A stretch of 64,000 nucleotides of DNA from Patescibacteria group bacterium. GTDB lineage: Bacteria > Patescibacteriota > Microgenomatia > 2-02-FULL-39-11. Both the position numbers and the translations under genes were made by a program. The stretch covers positions 200-64,199 of the forward strand of contig JAMCUI010000010.1 in the NCBI GenBank assembly GCA_023379265.1. Reading direction: 5' to 3'. Below are positions 35,211 to 44,076 of the stretch, piece by piece. The first letter of the stretch is position 1; every line of letters begins with the position of its first letter. The notes beneath the pieces are model-generated. The model did not search any database, was not told the origin of the DNA, and saw only the letters and a list, made by a program, of their open reading frames with translations.

Positions 35211-37526
35211 ATGCCGCAAGAAACACTGCAATCAATTCCGTACACTGAAATAGCAAAATTGGGTGAACTTATAGGAGGGAGGCAAAACACATCAGGTAGA
35301 ATTCCCTTTGGTGAAGTGCCCGATCCGGTGACCCATCTTTTTCCTTCGGAAGAGCAATTGTGCGATCAAATTTCCTTAAAATGTCGGGAGTATATGTCTC
35401 CTGGTGATCTTGGATTGACATATCTGTCTCTTGTTACCGCTTTGGCAGTTCATCAGAATAAATATAGATATACCCATGATCCTTCTTTCCTACACGTAGG
35501 AGGTGTAGCTAAGGATTTAGCCGATGACGAGATGGATTCGATCACGGTTAGTGCTGGAGGGATTCACGATACTTTCGAGGATACGCAATTTGATAAAGAG
35601 CCTTTCAACGAAAATAGCGCCCGGGAAATTTATGCCGCAGCAGGCATACCTAATGAGATCGTTGATGAATTGGTAACAACAGTCGGCAGACTAAGTATAT
35701 TTACAGGAGAGATGAAGAAATCAATGGCTATGGAATTGGGAAGGATGAGCCAGATCGGATCGCTGCTTGATGATCCCCGAGTAATAATAATCAAATTGAA
35801 GGATAGGCTGCGCAATATGCAAAAAAGAGATTTACAGGCACTGCCTGATCCACGCAGGATTGCAAGAAATATCAAAGAAACAGAGGAATTCTACCGACCC
35901 CTGGCAATGATGGTGGGGATGTATAAAGAAGGGGAAGAATTGGATGAACTGTGTTTGCGAAACAGGAGTGAAATCCATGATCAGTTTGCTAATTTATTGG
36001 TATTGACAAAAGAGGTGTTTTTCCAGACTCATGATCCTGAACAGGTGCGTCAGGAATTGGCGGATTTGGGCAGTCTAGATAAAGAAGTGGTACATACAAG
36101 AACTCCGGGACTAAATGATATTTATAGGAGAATGGGAGGAAGAATAGTTGATGACGTGGGAAAATTGAGAATCGCGACTGACAATGATTTTTATCTCAAT
36201 GTCGATATATCTCTAAACGGTATGTCCACAAGCGACCCATTAAGGTGGAGTGAGGCAGCCATGAATTTAGCGACAAAATATACCTTTTTACAAAACGGTG
36301 AGTACGAACTTATAGAACCGATAAACGAAATCAGGTTTAGAAATGATGTGTTAAACGATAGAACAGACGTATTACTTTTTGAATTGAGAAGGAAAAGTGA
36401 CGGACTGAGGGTAGTTGTCCGTATTTATCCTCAGGATAACTTTGAGCTATCAAGAGTTTCTCTCAAGGATATGTATTGGAAGAGGGCGCCTTTACCAAGT
36501 GATGATATTAGTACCGTAGTAAACGGGGGAGACGAAATTGCCAAACGGCATTACTGGGCGTTACAGAGATATAAGCAATTACGGCGGAGATATAAACGTA
36601 TTATGTCTGAATATAACCAAACAAATGTACTTTCGTCTTCCCAGGTCATCAGGTTAATGGAAAAAATACCCGTGGGTAAGATTATTGTGAAAGGCATTGA
36701 TGATAAAGGTGAAGGTTTGTCTTGGGTAATTGATCAGAATGCAACAGTGATGGATTATGTAAGGGATATATTTAGGGGAAGGGGAGGATTGCGCGGAAGT
36801 TGGCCCACCGTTATAGGTGCAACAATAAATGGCAGGCCGGTAGCACTCAATCAGAAGTTACAGCCGGGTGACGAAATCCATATCATCCGGGACAAGAAAA
36901 AAATAGAACATTGGTCACCCCATTGGATACACTATTTTCATACTGACAAGGAGGGTTCACAGATTGTGAGGGATAAAATAAGAAGACTGCTGGAGAAAAC
37001 AACTGGGAAGGAACGGAAGCTTCTCGAAACAGACGTGGCCAGTGCCGGAAAATGGGTGATAGGGCAGGCCATGCATGACAACAGAATACCTTTGCGTATA
37101 GGAATTGATAGGGCAATGCATCTGGTACACCAACATTTTCCGGATATGGACGAAAGAGAATTTCTTTTCAATATAGGGATGGGAGATCCCAGAATAACCA
37201 CTCAGTTGATAAGAGAGGTCGCAACGGAACTGGAAATTCCGAACCAGCAGGCAGGAGTAATGGAAATTGTTTTTGGGAAAGACCAGCGGGGTTTGGTGAG
37301 AGCGGTCTCAAGCACTCTTGATGATCTGCAAATCAGCTTGACTGATGTTGAGTCAGAGATATTAGCTGATAACGTCCCAGTAGTTGTCCGTGTGTATCTT
37401 GATCCAAGTGTACTGGAGGAGTACGGTTATGATAAGTTAAAGCAGATAATAAAAAGCAGCAATAGATGTATAGGCAAAGGATTAATCGATGTCAGACCTC
37501 TAAGAAGGGCATATGAAATGGTCTAA
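35211..37526 (+). CDS. RelA/SpoT-homologue (long RSH) with HD hydrolase domain, a degenerate synthetase-like region, TGS and C-terminal ACT domains
   Basis: HD domain: IHDTFEDT (HDxxED) and IIKLKDRLRNMQ...RPLAMMVGMYKEGEELDELCL. Degenerate synthetase region: HTRTPGLNDIYRRM, LRVVVRIY, AKRHYWALQRYK. TGS: NATVMDYVRDIFRG...ATINGRPVALNQKLQPGDEIHII. ACT: MEIVFGKDQRGLVRAVSSTLDDLQISL. Confidence 0.7.
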   Translation: MPQETLQSIPYTEIAKLGELIGGRQNTSGRIPFGEVPDPVTHLFPSEEQLCDQISLKCREYMSPGDLGLTYLSLVTALAVHQNKYRYTHDPSFLHVGGVAKDLADDEMDSITVSAGGIHDTFEDTQFDKEPFNENSAREIYAAAGIPNEIVDELVTTVGRLSIFTGEMKKSMAMELGRMSQIGSLLDDPRVIIIKLKDRLRNMQKRDLQALPDPRRIARNIKETEEFYRPLAMMVGMYKEGEELDELCLRNRSEIHDQFANLLVLTKEVFFQTHDPEQVRQELADLGSLDKEVVHTRTPGLNDIYRRMGGRIVDDVGKLRIATDNDFYLNVDISLNGMSTSDPLRWSEAAMNLATKYTFLQNGEYELIEPINEIRFRNDVLNDRTDVLLFELRRKSDGLRVVVRIYPQDNFELSRVSLKDMYWKRAPLPSDDISTVVNGGDEIAKRHYWALQRYKQLRRRYKRIMSEYNQTNVLSSSQVIRLMEKIPVGKIIVKGIDDKGEGLSWVIDQNATVMDYVRDIFRGRGGLRGSWPTVIGATINGRPVALNQKLQPGDEIHIIRDKKKIEHWSPHWIHYFHTDKEGSQIVRDKIRRLLEKTTGKERKLLETDVASAGKWVIGQAMHDNRIPLRIGIDRAMHLVHQHFPDMDEREFLFNIGMGDPRITTQLIREVATELEIPNQQAGVMEIVFGKDQRGLVRAVSSTLDDLQISLTDVESEILADNVPVVVRVYLDPSVLEEYGYDKLKQIIKSSNRCIGKGLIDVRPLRRAYEMV

Positions 37527-37671
37527 TAGGTAATCATTTTTTAGTCACAAACCAGTTCTTCCGTTCAAAAAGCGAAAGTTGACGTTGTTCTTGATTTTTT
37601 ACATAAAATGCTTATAATATCAATCTTAAATTAAGATTTGAAGCTGTTTTATAAATTTATTAAAAAATACT

Positions 37672-37998
37672 ATGCGAGAACGAGATCTGGAGTTTTCTCA
37701 AGGATTTAGTGATTTTGGCGATATGCCATTACCGGGAATTCCAACTTATAAACAACCATTCCACTGTTATGGAGTCGTGAGAAGAGGAGGAGGAAATGTG
37801 AAGGCAATTGCCAGTTTTCATGGCAAAAATGAGGTAGCTGCCAGAAAAGCAGCAAACGCTATATCTGGAAATGGCGCTGATGTGGATTGGATTGATCCGG
37901 GTACATCATATGTTAATGATAAGGGTCAGTTGCGTACACATGGAAATGGAGGTTCCGCTCACTATGCGTATAAGGCTGATGGAGCTAAATGTGGTTAA
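37672..37998 (+). CDS. Small Gly-rich hypothetical protein (108 aa)
   Basis: Isolated ORF between two RSH-like genes, with no signal peptide. It carries GGGN / GNGG repeats. Coding status is uncertain. Confidence 0.3.
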   Translation: MRERDLEFSQGFSDFGDMPLPGIPTYKQPFHCYGVVRRGGGNVKAIASFHGKNEVAARKAANAISGNGADVDWIDPGTSYVNDKGQLRTHGNGGSAHYAYKADGAKCG

Positions 37999-38082
37999 TC
38001 AAATGGTTGAAATAGAAATGAATATACTTCTTCAAAATTAAAATACTGTATAATCCGCTTATCCCGCCCTATATCCCCATTT

Positions 38083-40140
38083 TTGGAATTTATTTTCTTT
38101 ATGCCGAAAGCCGAACTTGTTGGTGCATTGGGACTGGACAAATACATAAGAACATCCGGATATGAAACCTTCAGGAAAGAGTCTGTACCGGAGCTTATTA
38201 CGCTTGACAGAATGCACCATAGGAAACCAGCAAGAGCTGGAGTCATATACACTTTTAATCAAGACCAGCTTCCCGGCACGCGACTTTTTCCCCTTGAAGC
38301 AGAAAAAAAGGACGAGTTTTTCCAAAATATCAGTTATTTGAATTCCGAGGAAAGAGAAAAAGTCCAGGTAGCATACAATCTCTGCCTTGCCGGACACCAG
38401 CTGAAATTCCGTTTCACGGGAGAACCTTATACACTTCATCCACTTGAAATGGCGGCAAAAGCAGCCAGTGAGTATCAGGCTGATTGGAAGACACTTGCAT
38501 TGTGTTTCTTGCATGATTTGGCGGAGGATTCGCCGGCCGACGGCACGCCAGTCTTGCCTTTCAAGGTGGAAGAAATTTACACCAATCTCTTTAAGGGGAA
38601 AAATAATGAAAACTTATCTCAGGCAAAAGCCGATGCGCAATTTTTGGCCCGCGGTATGAGGGCAATGAAGAAAATCTCAAGTCCAGATATACCCCACAAC
38701 GTCGATGTGGAAACAGAGATAAAGTTTAGAAAAAGAGAACATGTTGCGGAGGTTTTGACGGCCAAGAAAATGTACGAGACGATGGAGCATGAGGGTATAG
38801 AAAGGGGTGACGTCAGAGTGCTTTTTGTTAAACTCCTTGACAGGTGGCATAATCTCAAAACCATCGGCGGCATGAATGAGGAAGAAAAAGAGAGGAAAAC
38901 CAAAGAGACTTTGGCAGTACACGTACCCCTTGCAGAAGCGCTGAGGCTTTATCGCCTGAGAGATGAACTGGCGGAAATGTCTCTTGCGCAGTTGTATCCC
39001 AAAGAATACAGACTTTTGTCCCAAGCGGAATTAAAGAGTATTGAGGTTGTACAAGTGCTAAATGAGTTCGTAAAAAGCAGTGATTCAGATGTTTTTCTCT
39101 ATTTCAAAGCGCCTTCCGTATACGATTACTATAAACAAGTCGGAACACAAACCCAAAATATCAGTCCGTACGTATCCGTGTCAGTCGTAGGGGATATGGT
39201 AAAAATGGAAAAGATGTGGGGAGACTTGAGTAAAAATATTTTGGATACGCTTGACAGGGTTTCTCCTTTTAAGATGGAGGGTGTACCTCCGGCCAGGGTG
39301 GAGTTGAATGTAAGTCCTACAACTATAGGGGAGTTTATATCCCAAAATGCTTCTCTTTCCGACATAGTCAGTGTAAGGGGTAGGGGGAGCGAAGCAAAAT
39401 CTGCCTGGCAAGCGCAAGCCGTCTCCCACCTCCTGAAAATTCGTGAAGGGTTTATACGGGCAAAGGAGGAGGGGATGTTTTCGATATTTGTCCAGACAGT
39501 TTCAGGAGATAAGACAGGGGCCATAGCTTTACGAAGGAAGGGGTTAAATGTAAGCAGGCGGCATGAAGTGGTATTGTCTACACACGGGAATATGGTTGAT
39601 CTTTTGGGGTCGGGAGGAATAAAAATGTCGAAATTGGCCAGAGTCAAGAAAGTTACAGTGGAGTATATTGATAAATACGGCCAGCGTGAAAGACAAGACA
39701 TACGGTCAAATAAGTTTAATGATCCAATACCGGCAGGTTGTGTAGTAAGAGAAATAGAGTATTTCCCTAAGGGTAGCGCTATCTATTCCGGATCTTTAAG
39801 ATGGAGACCGACATTAACTGAAGTAAACAGACGGTTAAACTCATTTTGGGAAAATCTTTATTCTAAAGATGAACGAGCCCGAAAGGAAATCCAGCATCAC
39901 GGCAGGATGAGATTTTATAACTCGGTATTGCAGGAGGAAAGCAAATTTGGAAGAAATAATATTGATTATTTGCCTTCCGAACTTTTCCATCTAGCCTATT
40001 TATCTTCAAAGAAATTCGGGGGTTTCTATTGGCCCAACGAAGATGCTCTTATGAAAGATTTTGCTTTTGGAAGACGCCAAGTGTTATTCCGGATTATGAT
40101 GAAAAATTATAGCGATATAATAAATAGAAAAAATGTTTAG
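38083..40140 (+). CDS. RSH-type HD (alarmone hydrolase-like) domain protein with a ~450-aa uncharacterised C-terminal extension
   Basis: EPYTLHPLEMAAKAA...LALCFLHDLAEDS (HDxxED) and VKLLDRWHNLKTIGGM...ETLAVHVPLAEALRLYRLRDELAEMSL match the Rel/SpoT hydrolase domain. No synthetase, TGS or ACT motifs were found. Confidence 0.65.
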   Translation: MEFIFFMPKAELVGALGLDKYIRTSGYETFRKESVPELITLDRMHHRKPARAGVIYTFNQDQLPGTRLFPLEAEKKDEFFQNISYLNSEEREKVQVAYNLCLAGHQLKFRFTGEPYTLHPLEMAAKAASEYQADWKTLALCFLHDLAEDSPADGTPVLPFKVEEIYTNLFKGKNNENLSQAKADAQFLARGMRAMKKISSPDIPHNVDVETEIKFRKREHVAEVLTAKKMYETMEHEGIERGDVRVLFVKLLDRWHNLKTIGGMNEEEKERKTKETLAVHVPLAEALRLYRLRDELAEMSLAQLYPKEYRLLSQAELKSIEVVQVLNEFVKSSDSDVFLYFKAPSVYDYYKQVGTQTQNISPYVSVSVVGDMVKMEKMWGDLSKNILDTLDRVSPFKMEGVPPARVELNVSPTTIGEFISQNASLSDIVSVRGRGSEAKSAWQAQAVSHLLKIREGFIRAKEEGMFSIFVQTVSGDKTGAIALRRKGLNVSRRHEVVLSTHGNMVDLLGSGGIKMSKLARVKKVTVEYIDKYGQRERQDIRSNKFNDPIPAGCVVREIEYFPKGSAIYSGSLRWRPTLTEVNRRLNSFWENLYSKDERARKEIQHHGRMRFYNSVLQEESKFGRNNIDYLPSELFHLAYLSSKKFGGFYWPNEDALMKDFAFGRRQVLFRIMMKNYSDIINRKNV

Positions 40141-40161
40141 GAGAACTTTTTGTTTGGTTTA

Positions 40162-42822
40162 TCACGGCAATATTCTAAATCTCAGCTGTTTTTTGGTTTC
40201 GACAACGACAAAAGGAATAAGCGATACCAATCCGACAATCAACCAGTTATAAGAGTTCAAATTGCTTGTCTGAAATACAAGATTTCCCCAATAAGTCTGG
40301 ATGACCAGGATTTGAAGGATAACTGAAACAATTGCTGTTACCACTAGATATTTATTGGTAAAGATTCCCAGTGAAAAAAGAGATTTCCTGGTACTTCTAT
40401 TGTTGAAAGCGTGAACCAGTTGGGAGAGGGCCAGGGCGGCAAAAGTCATGGTTTGGGCAACAGTGTAGGAGAAATGCGAGAGAGAAAAAAGGAATAGGCC
40501 AAAAACGGCAATTCCCATAATGCTACCCTCAACAAGCATATAAATCCAGCGTTTTTTGTACAGAATTCCTCTATCTATATCTCTGGGTGGCTTTTTCATG
40601 ACGTCAAACTCAGGCGGGTCAAGTCCCAAGGCAAGAGCAGGCATGCCGTCTGTGATAAGATTTATCCAAAGTATCTGTATAGGTAAAAGAGGAAGTGGTG
40701 TCCCAAAAAGGACACCTCCTGTTACCACGATGACTTCAGAGAGGTTGCAGGAAATAAGATAGCGGATGAACTTTACCAGATTGGCAAAAATCACTCTTCC
40801 TTCCCTGACAGCATCTACAATTGTCGCGTAATTGTCGTCTGTAATGACCATGTCGGCCACCTCCCGGGTGAGGTCGGTGCCTGTCATGCCCATGGCAATG
40901 CCGATGTGGCTGGCAGAAATGGCAGGAGCATCGTTTACACCGTCGCCAGTGACTGCCACCTGAGTATTTGGAATGCTTTTTATGGCCTCCACAATTTTCA
41001 GCTTGCCCATAGGGGAGATACGGGCAAAGACATGGACGCCTTCCTGTATCGCTTTTGCCAGTTTTTGGCGGCTATAAAATTCTATTTCATCTTCTGTCAG
41101 TACTTTACCGCTTTGGGAAATGATCCCCGCCGCCAGGGCAATTGAGGCGGCGGTATCCCGGTGGTCTCCGGTAATCATGACGGTTGTAATACCGGCTATT
41201 TTGGCCTGATTGAGAGCGTTTCTTATTTCAGGACGAAGAGGATCCTGCATGCCGACTAACCCCAAAAACTCCATTCCTTTCTCATTGAGTTTGTCCTCTT
41301 CAAGAGCTTTTTTTACCTCATAAGCTGTCATCTTTTTTCTTGCGACAGCCAGACTGCGAAGTCCCTTTTTGGCCATAGCAAGAGTTTGCTCAAGAATTTT
41401 CTTTTTGTCCTTCGCGGTGAGTGTTGAGTTTGACATGATGACTTCGGGAGCGCCTTTGGCATAAAGCAGATGGTCTCCGGTGTCGTTTATTTTGACTACA
41501 ACGCTCATCATTTTGCGCTCGGCTGAGAAAGGCACTTCATAAAGCCTGGGTTGGCTGGTTTTTATTTCGTCCACTTTTAGTTTGGCCCTTTGGGCGGCTA
41601 CTAGAAGCGCCGCTTCAGTAGTGTCGCCGATAATTTTATCTAAGCCGGATATAGTCGCGTCATTTGCCAAGACACCGGCGGTCAAGAGTCTTTCCAGAGC
41701 CGATTTTTCCAGGGGGTTAACAATCTTTCCGTTGTAAATAAACTCGCCGTTGGGATTATATCCTTCTCCTGTCAACGTAAAATTTTCACCATCGGAAAGA
41801 GCAATTTGGACAACATTTATTTTATTTTGGGTCAGCGTCCCAGTCTTGTCGGTAGCAATTATACGTACTGCCCCCAGCGTTTCTACTGCTGGCAGTTTTT
41901 TCACTATTGTCTTTTTTTCTGCGAGCCTCTTGACGCCAATGGAAAGCACTATTGTCACGATAGCCGGAAGACCCTCTGGAATGGCAGCTACAGCAAGAGA
42001 TATGGCTACAAGGAGGCTTTCAACAAATGGAAGATTATTTAGATAGTTGAGTATGAAGACCAGTACAGCAATTATTCCGATGACAAAAGTTAGCGTTTTC
42101 CCAACTTTCTGCAATTCAAGCGTCAAAGGGGTTTTCTCATTTTTTACTTCCCCCAAAAACTGGGCGATTTTGCCGATTTCCGTATTTTTACCCGTGGCAA
42201 ATACGACAGCTTTGCCGCGTCCGGCAATGATTTCCGTATCTTTGAAAATGATATTTTTGCGGTCTGCAAGAAGAACTGATTTTCCTTCAATCGGTTTTGC
42301 ATTTTTGCTTGTGGGTTTGGATTCACCGGTCAAAATACTTTCGTCTGTCCGAAGAGAGAAAGACTCGACGATACGGGCGTCGGCAGGCACTTTTGACCCT
42401 TCTTCTAAAATAAGAATGTCTCCGGGAACAAGCTGGGGAAAAAGGATTTTTTCCACATTCCCATCGCGCAAAACCAGTGCATAAATGACATCTTTTTCCT
42501 TCAGAGATTCCAGAGTTTTTTCAGCCTGAATTTCCTGTATGAAGCCGATGGTTGAGTTGAGTATGACGATAGCCAGTATGGCTATAGCATCAACCGTTTC
42601 TCCCAAAAGAAGAGAGATCGCTGTGGCAAAAAGCAGAATAAGAATGAGTATGTCCCGGAATTGGTCAATAAACTTAGATAAGAGCGATGGTTTGGGTTTC
42701 TCCGGGAGCAAGTTTTGTCCGTATTCATTGAGTCTTCTTTCCGCTTCCTTTTTTGTCAGGCCGGACAACGGGTTGGTTCTAAGTTCAGCAAAAACTTCCT
42801 GGACAGTTTTTTGGTACCACAT
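40162..42822 (-). CDS. Cation-transporting P-type ATPase (type IIA/IIB Ca2+-ATPase-like)
   Basis: DKTGTLT phosphorylation motif and TGDGVNDAPA hinge. N-terminus typical of Ca-ATPases and 10 TM helices. 886 aa. Confidence 0.9.
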   Translation of the reverse strand: MWYQKTVQEVFAELRTNPLSGLTKKEAERRLNEYGQNLLPEKPKPSLLSKFIDQFRDILILILLFATAISLLLGETVDAIAILAIVILNSTIGFIQEIQAEKTLESLKEKDVIYALVLRDGNVEKILFPQLVPGDILILEEGSKVPADARIVESFSLRTDESILTGESKPTSKNAKPIEGKSVLLADRKNIIFKDTEIIAGRGKAVVFATGKNTEIGKIAQFLGEVKNEKTPLTLELQKVGKTLTFVIGIIAVLVFILNYLNNLPFVESLLVAISLAVAAIPEGLPAIVTIVLSIGVKRLAEKKTIVKKLPAVETLGAVRIIATDKTGTLTQNKINVVQIALSDGENFTLTGEGYNPNGEFIYNGKIVNPLEKSALERLLTAGVLANDATISGLDKIIGDTTEAALLVAAQRAKLKVDEIKTSQPRLYEVPFSAERKMMSVVVKINDTGDHLLYAKGAPEVIMSNSTLTAKDKKKILEQTLAMAKKGLRSLAVARKKMTAYEVKKALEEDKLNEKGMEFLGLVGMQDPLRPEIRNALNQAKIAGITTVMITGDHRDTAASIALAAGIISQSGKVLTEDEIEFYSRQKLAKAIQEGVHVFARISPMGKLKIVEAIKSIPNTQVAVTGDGVNDAPAISASHIGIAMGMTGTDLTREVADMVITDDNYATIVDAVREGRVIFANLVKFIRYLISCNLSEVIVVTGGVLFGTPLPLLPIQILWINLITDGMPALALGLDPPEFDVMKKPPRDIDRGILYKKRWIYMLVEGSIMGIAVFGLFLFSLSHFSYTVAQTMTFAALALSQLVHAFNNRSTRKSLFSLGIFTNKYLVVTAIVSVILQILVIQTYWGNLVFQTSNLNSYNWLIVGLVSLIPFVVVETKKQLRFRILP

Positions 42823-42825
42823 GGG

Positions 42826-43533
42826 TTATATTATCCCGCCCAAATGAGAGGCAGGCAACAATAACGATACCAGAAAATTGATGATAGGTGAAATAAGGGC
42901 GATGACTGGGGAGGAGCCGAAAAAAGGAAAGATAAGAAGTATCAAAAAGATTATCCCGTATTTCTCCAAAGACAGCCAGTCGTAATAATATTTTTTGGGC
43001 AAAAGTCCGGCGACCACCTTAAATCCGTCCAAAGGATGAACTGGAATGAGGTTAAAAATTGCCAAAAGGACATTGAAGTAGACAAAAAGGCTAAGAACGT
43101 CCGTGACTAGAGGCAGGAGGAATACAAAAGGGATGTAGATTGCTACTCGAAGTATGATGCTTGTTAATATAGCCATAACGAGATTAGAACCCGGTCCGGC
43201 AAAAGAGATGAGTGCCGCGTCTCTTTTAGGCTCGCGTAGATTGAATGGGTCAAATGGTACCGGTTTGCCCCAGCCAAAGCCCACAAAAAGAAGAAGCAGT
43301 GTGCCTATGGGATCAATGTGGGCGGCAGGGTTGAGGGTGAGCCGTCCAGAGAGGCGGGCGGTTGGATCACCAAGATGGTCAGCGATCAGAGCGTGGGAAA
43401 ATTCATGTACGGAGATAGCCAGCAAAAGTAATATTGCGATAATGATAAATTCAACCGGATTTTGGGTAAAAAGTCCGAACATATAACGATTTATTAATTG
43501 AAAAGCTTGCAGTAAAAATTTTCTAGCTCGCAA
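42826..43533 (-). CDS. Site-2 protease family (peptidase M50) membrane metalloprotease
   Basis: HEFSHALIA HExxH within a TM segment, and LDG motif (PVHPLDGFKV). 235 aa. Confidence 0.75.
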   Translation of the reverse strand: MRARKFLLQAFQLINRYMFGLFTQNPVEFIIIAILLLLAISVHEFSHALIADHLGDPTARLSGRLTLNPAAHIDPIGTLLLLFVGFGWGKPVPFDPFNLREPKRDAALISFAGPGSNLVMAILTSIILRVAIYIPFVFLLPLVTDVLSLFVYFNVLLAIFNLIPVHPLDGFKVVAGLLPKKYYYDWLSLEKYGIIFLILLIFPFFGSSPVIALISPIINFLVSLLLPASHLGGII

Positions 43534-43652
43534 GGATGGGAGGTGTTGTTAGTGCGTTTTTATTATAGACATTCCGTATGCGATCTGCAAAAAAAATTTT
43601 ACATGCTTCACTTTTCTCTGCTTGTTTACTTTTAAGTGTTTATACTCTCTTC

Positions 43653-43681
43653 TTGTCTAACACGGTTGTTTCTGATATAGT
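43653..43681 (+). promoter_or_regulatory. Sigma-70-like promoter upstream of rpmB (TTGTCT-17-TATAGT)
   Basis: TTGTCT at 43653-43658, a 17-nt spacer, and TATAGT at 43676-43681. Confidence 0.35.
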
Positions 43682-43719
43682 ATAACAATTATTTGAAGGT
43701 AAGTATAGCAAGTCAGCTT

Positions 43720-44064
43720 ATGAAAATGTCAAAATGTCAGAATTGCCATAAAGGTATAGCCATAGGTCATGCAGTTTCTCATGCCAAGAATCGCATAAGG
43801 CGTATATTTAAGCCCAATTTGCAGAAGCTTAAGGTTTTGAGAAACGGGGTAGCTGTAAAAGTGATTCTTTGTACAAGTTGCATAAAAAGACTGAGAAAAG
43901 ATGGTAAGATCGGAGCCTATTTTATCTGGAAGCCGCAGTTGGTAAAGGAAACAGTAAAAGCAGCAAAAAGGACTAAAATTGAAGCTCCCGCTGAAAAAAA
44001 AGTAAAAGAAGAAAAAGCCAGCCAGTCTCTAAATATTGAGTCTATTGTAGGAAAAAAAGAATAA
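43720..44064 (+). CDS. rpmB: 50S ribosomal protein L28 (bL28) with a Lys-rich C-terminal extension
   Basis: MKMSKCQNCHKGIAIGHAVSHAKNRIRRIFKPNLQK...LCTSCIK matches bL28. The track ORF begins at an upstream TTG at 43693; ATG 43720 or 43726 is more likely. Confidence 0.75.
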   Translation: MKMSKCQNCHKGIAIGHAVSHAKNRIRRIFKPNLQKLKVLRNGVAVKVILCTSCIKRLRKDGKIGAYFIWKPQLVKETVKAAKRTKIEAPAEKKVKEEKASQSLNIESIVGKKE

Positions 44065-44076
44065 TCTCCAACAACC

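Noticed and set aside
38059-39701. Minus-strand ORFs (38059..38514, 38619..39024, 39129..39701) overlapping the HD-domain gene
   Set aside because: They are antisense shadow ORFs within a gene that has clear RSH hydrolase motifs.
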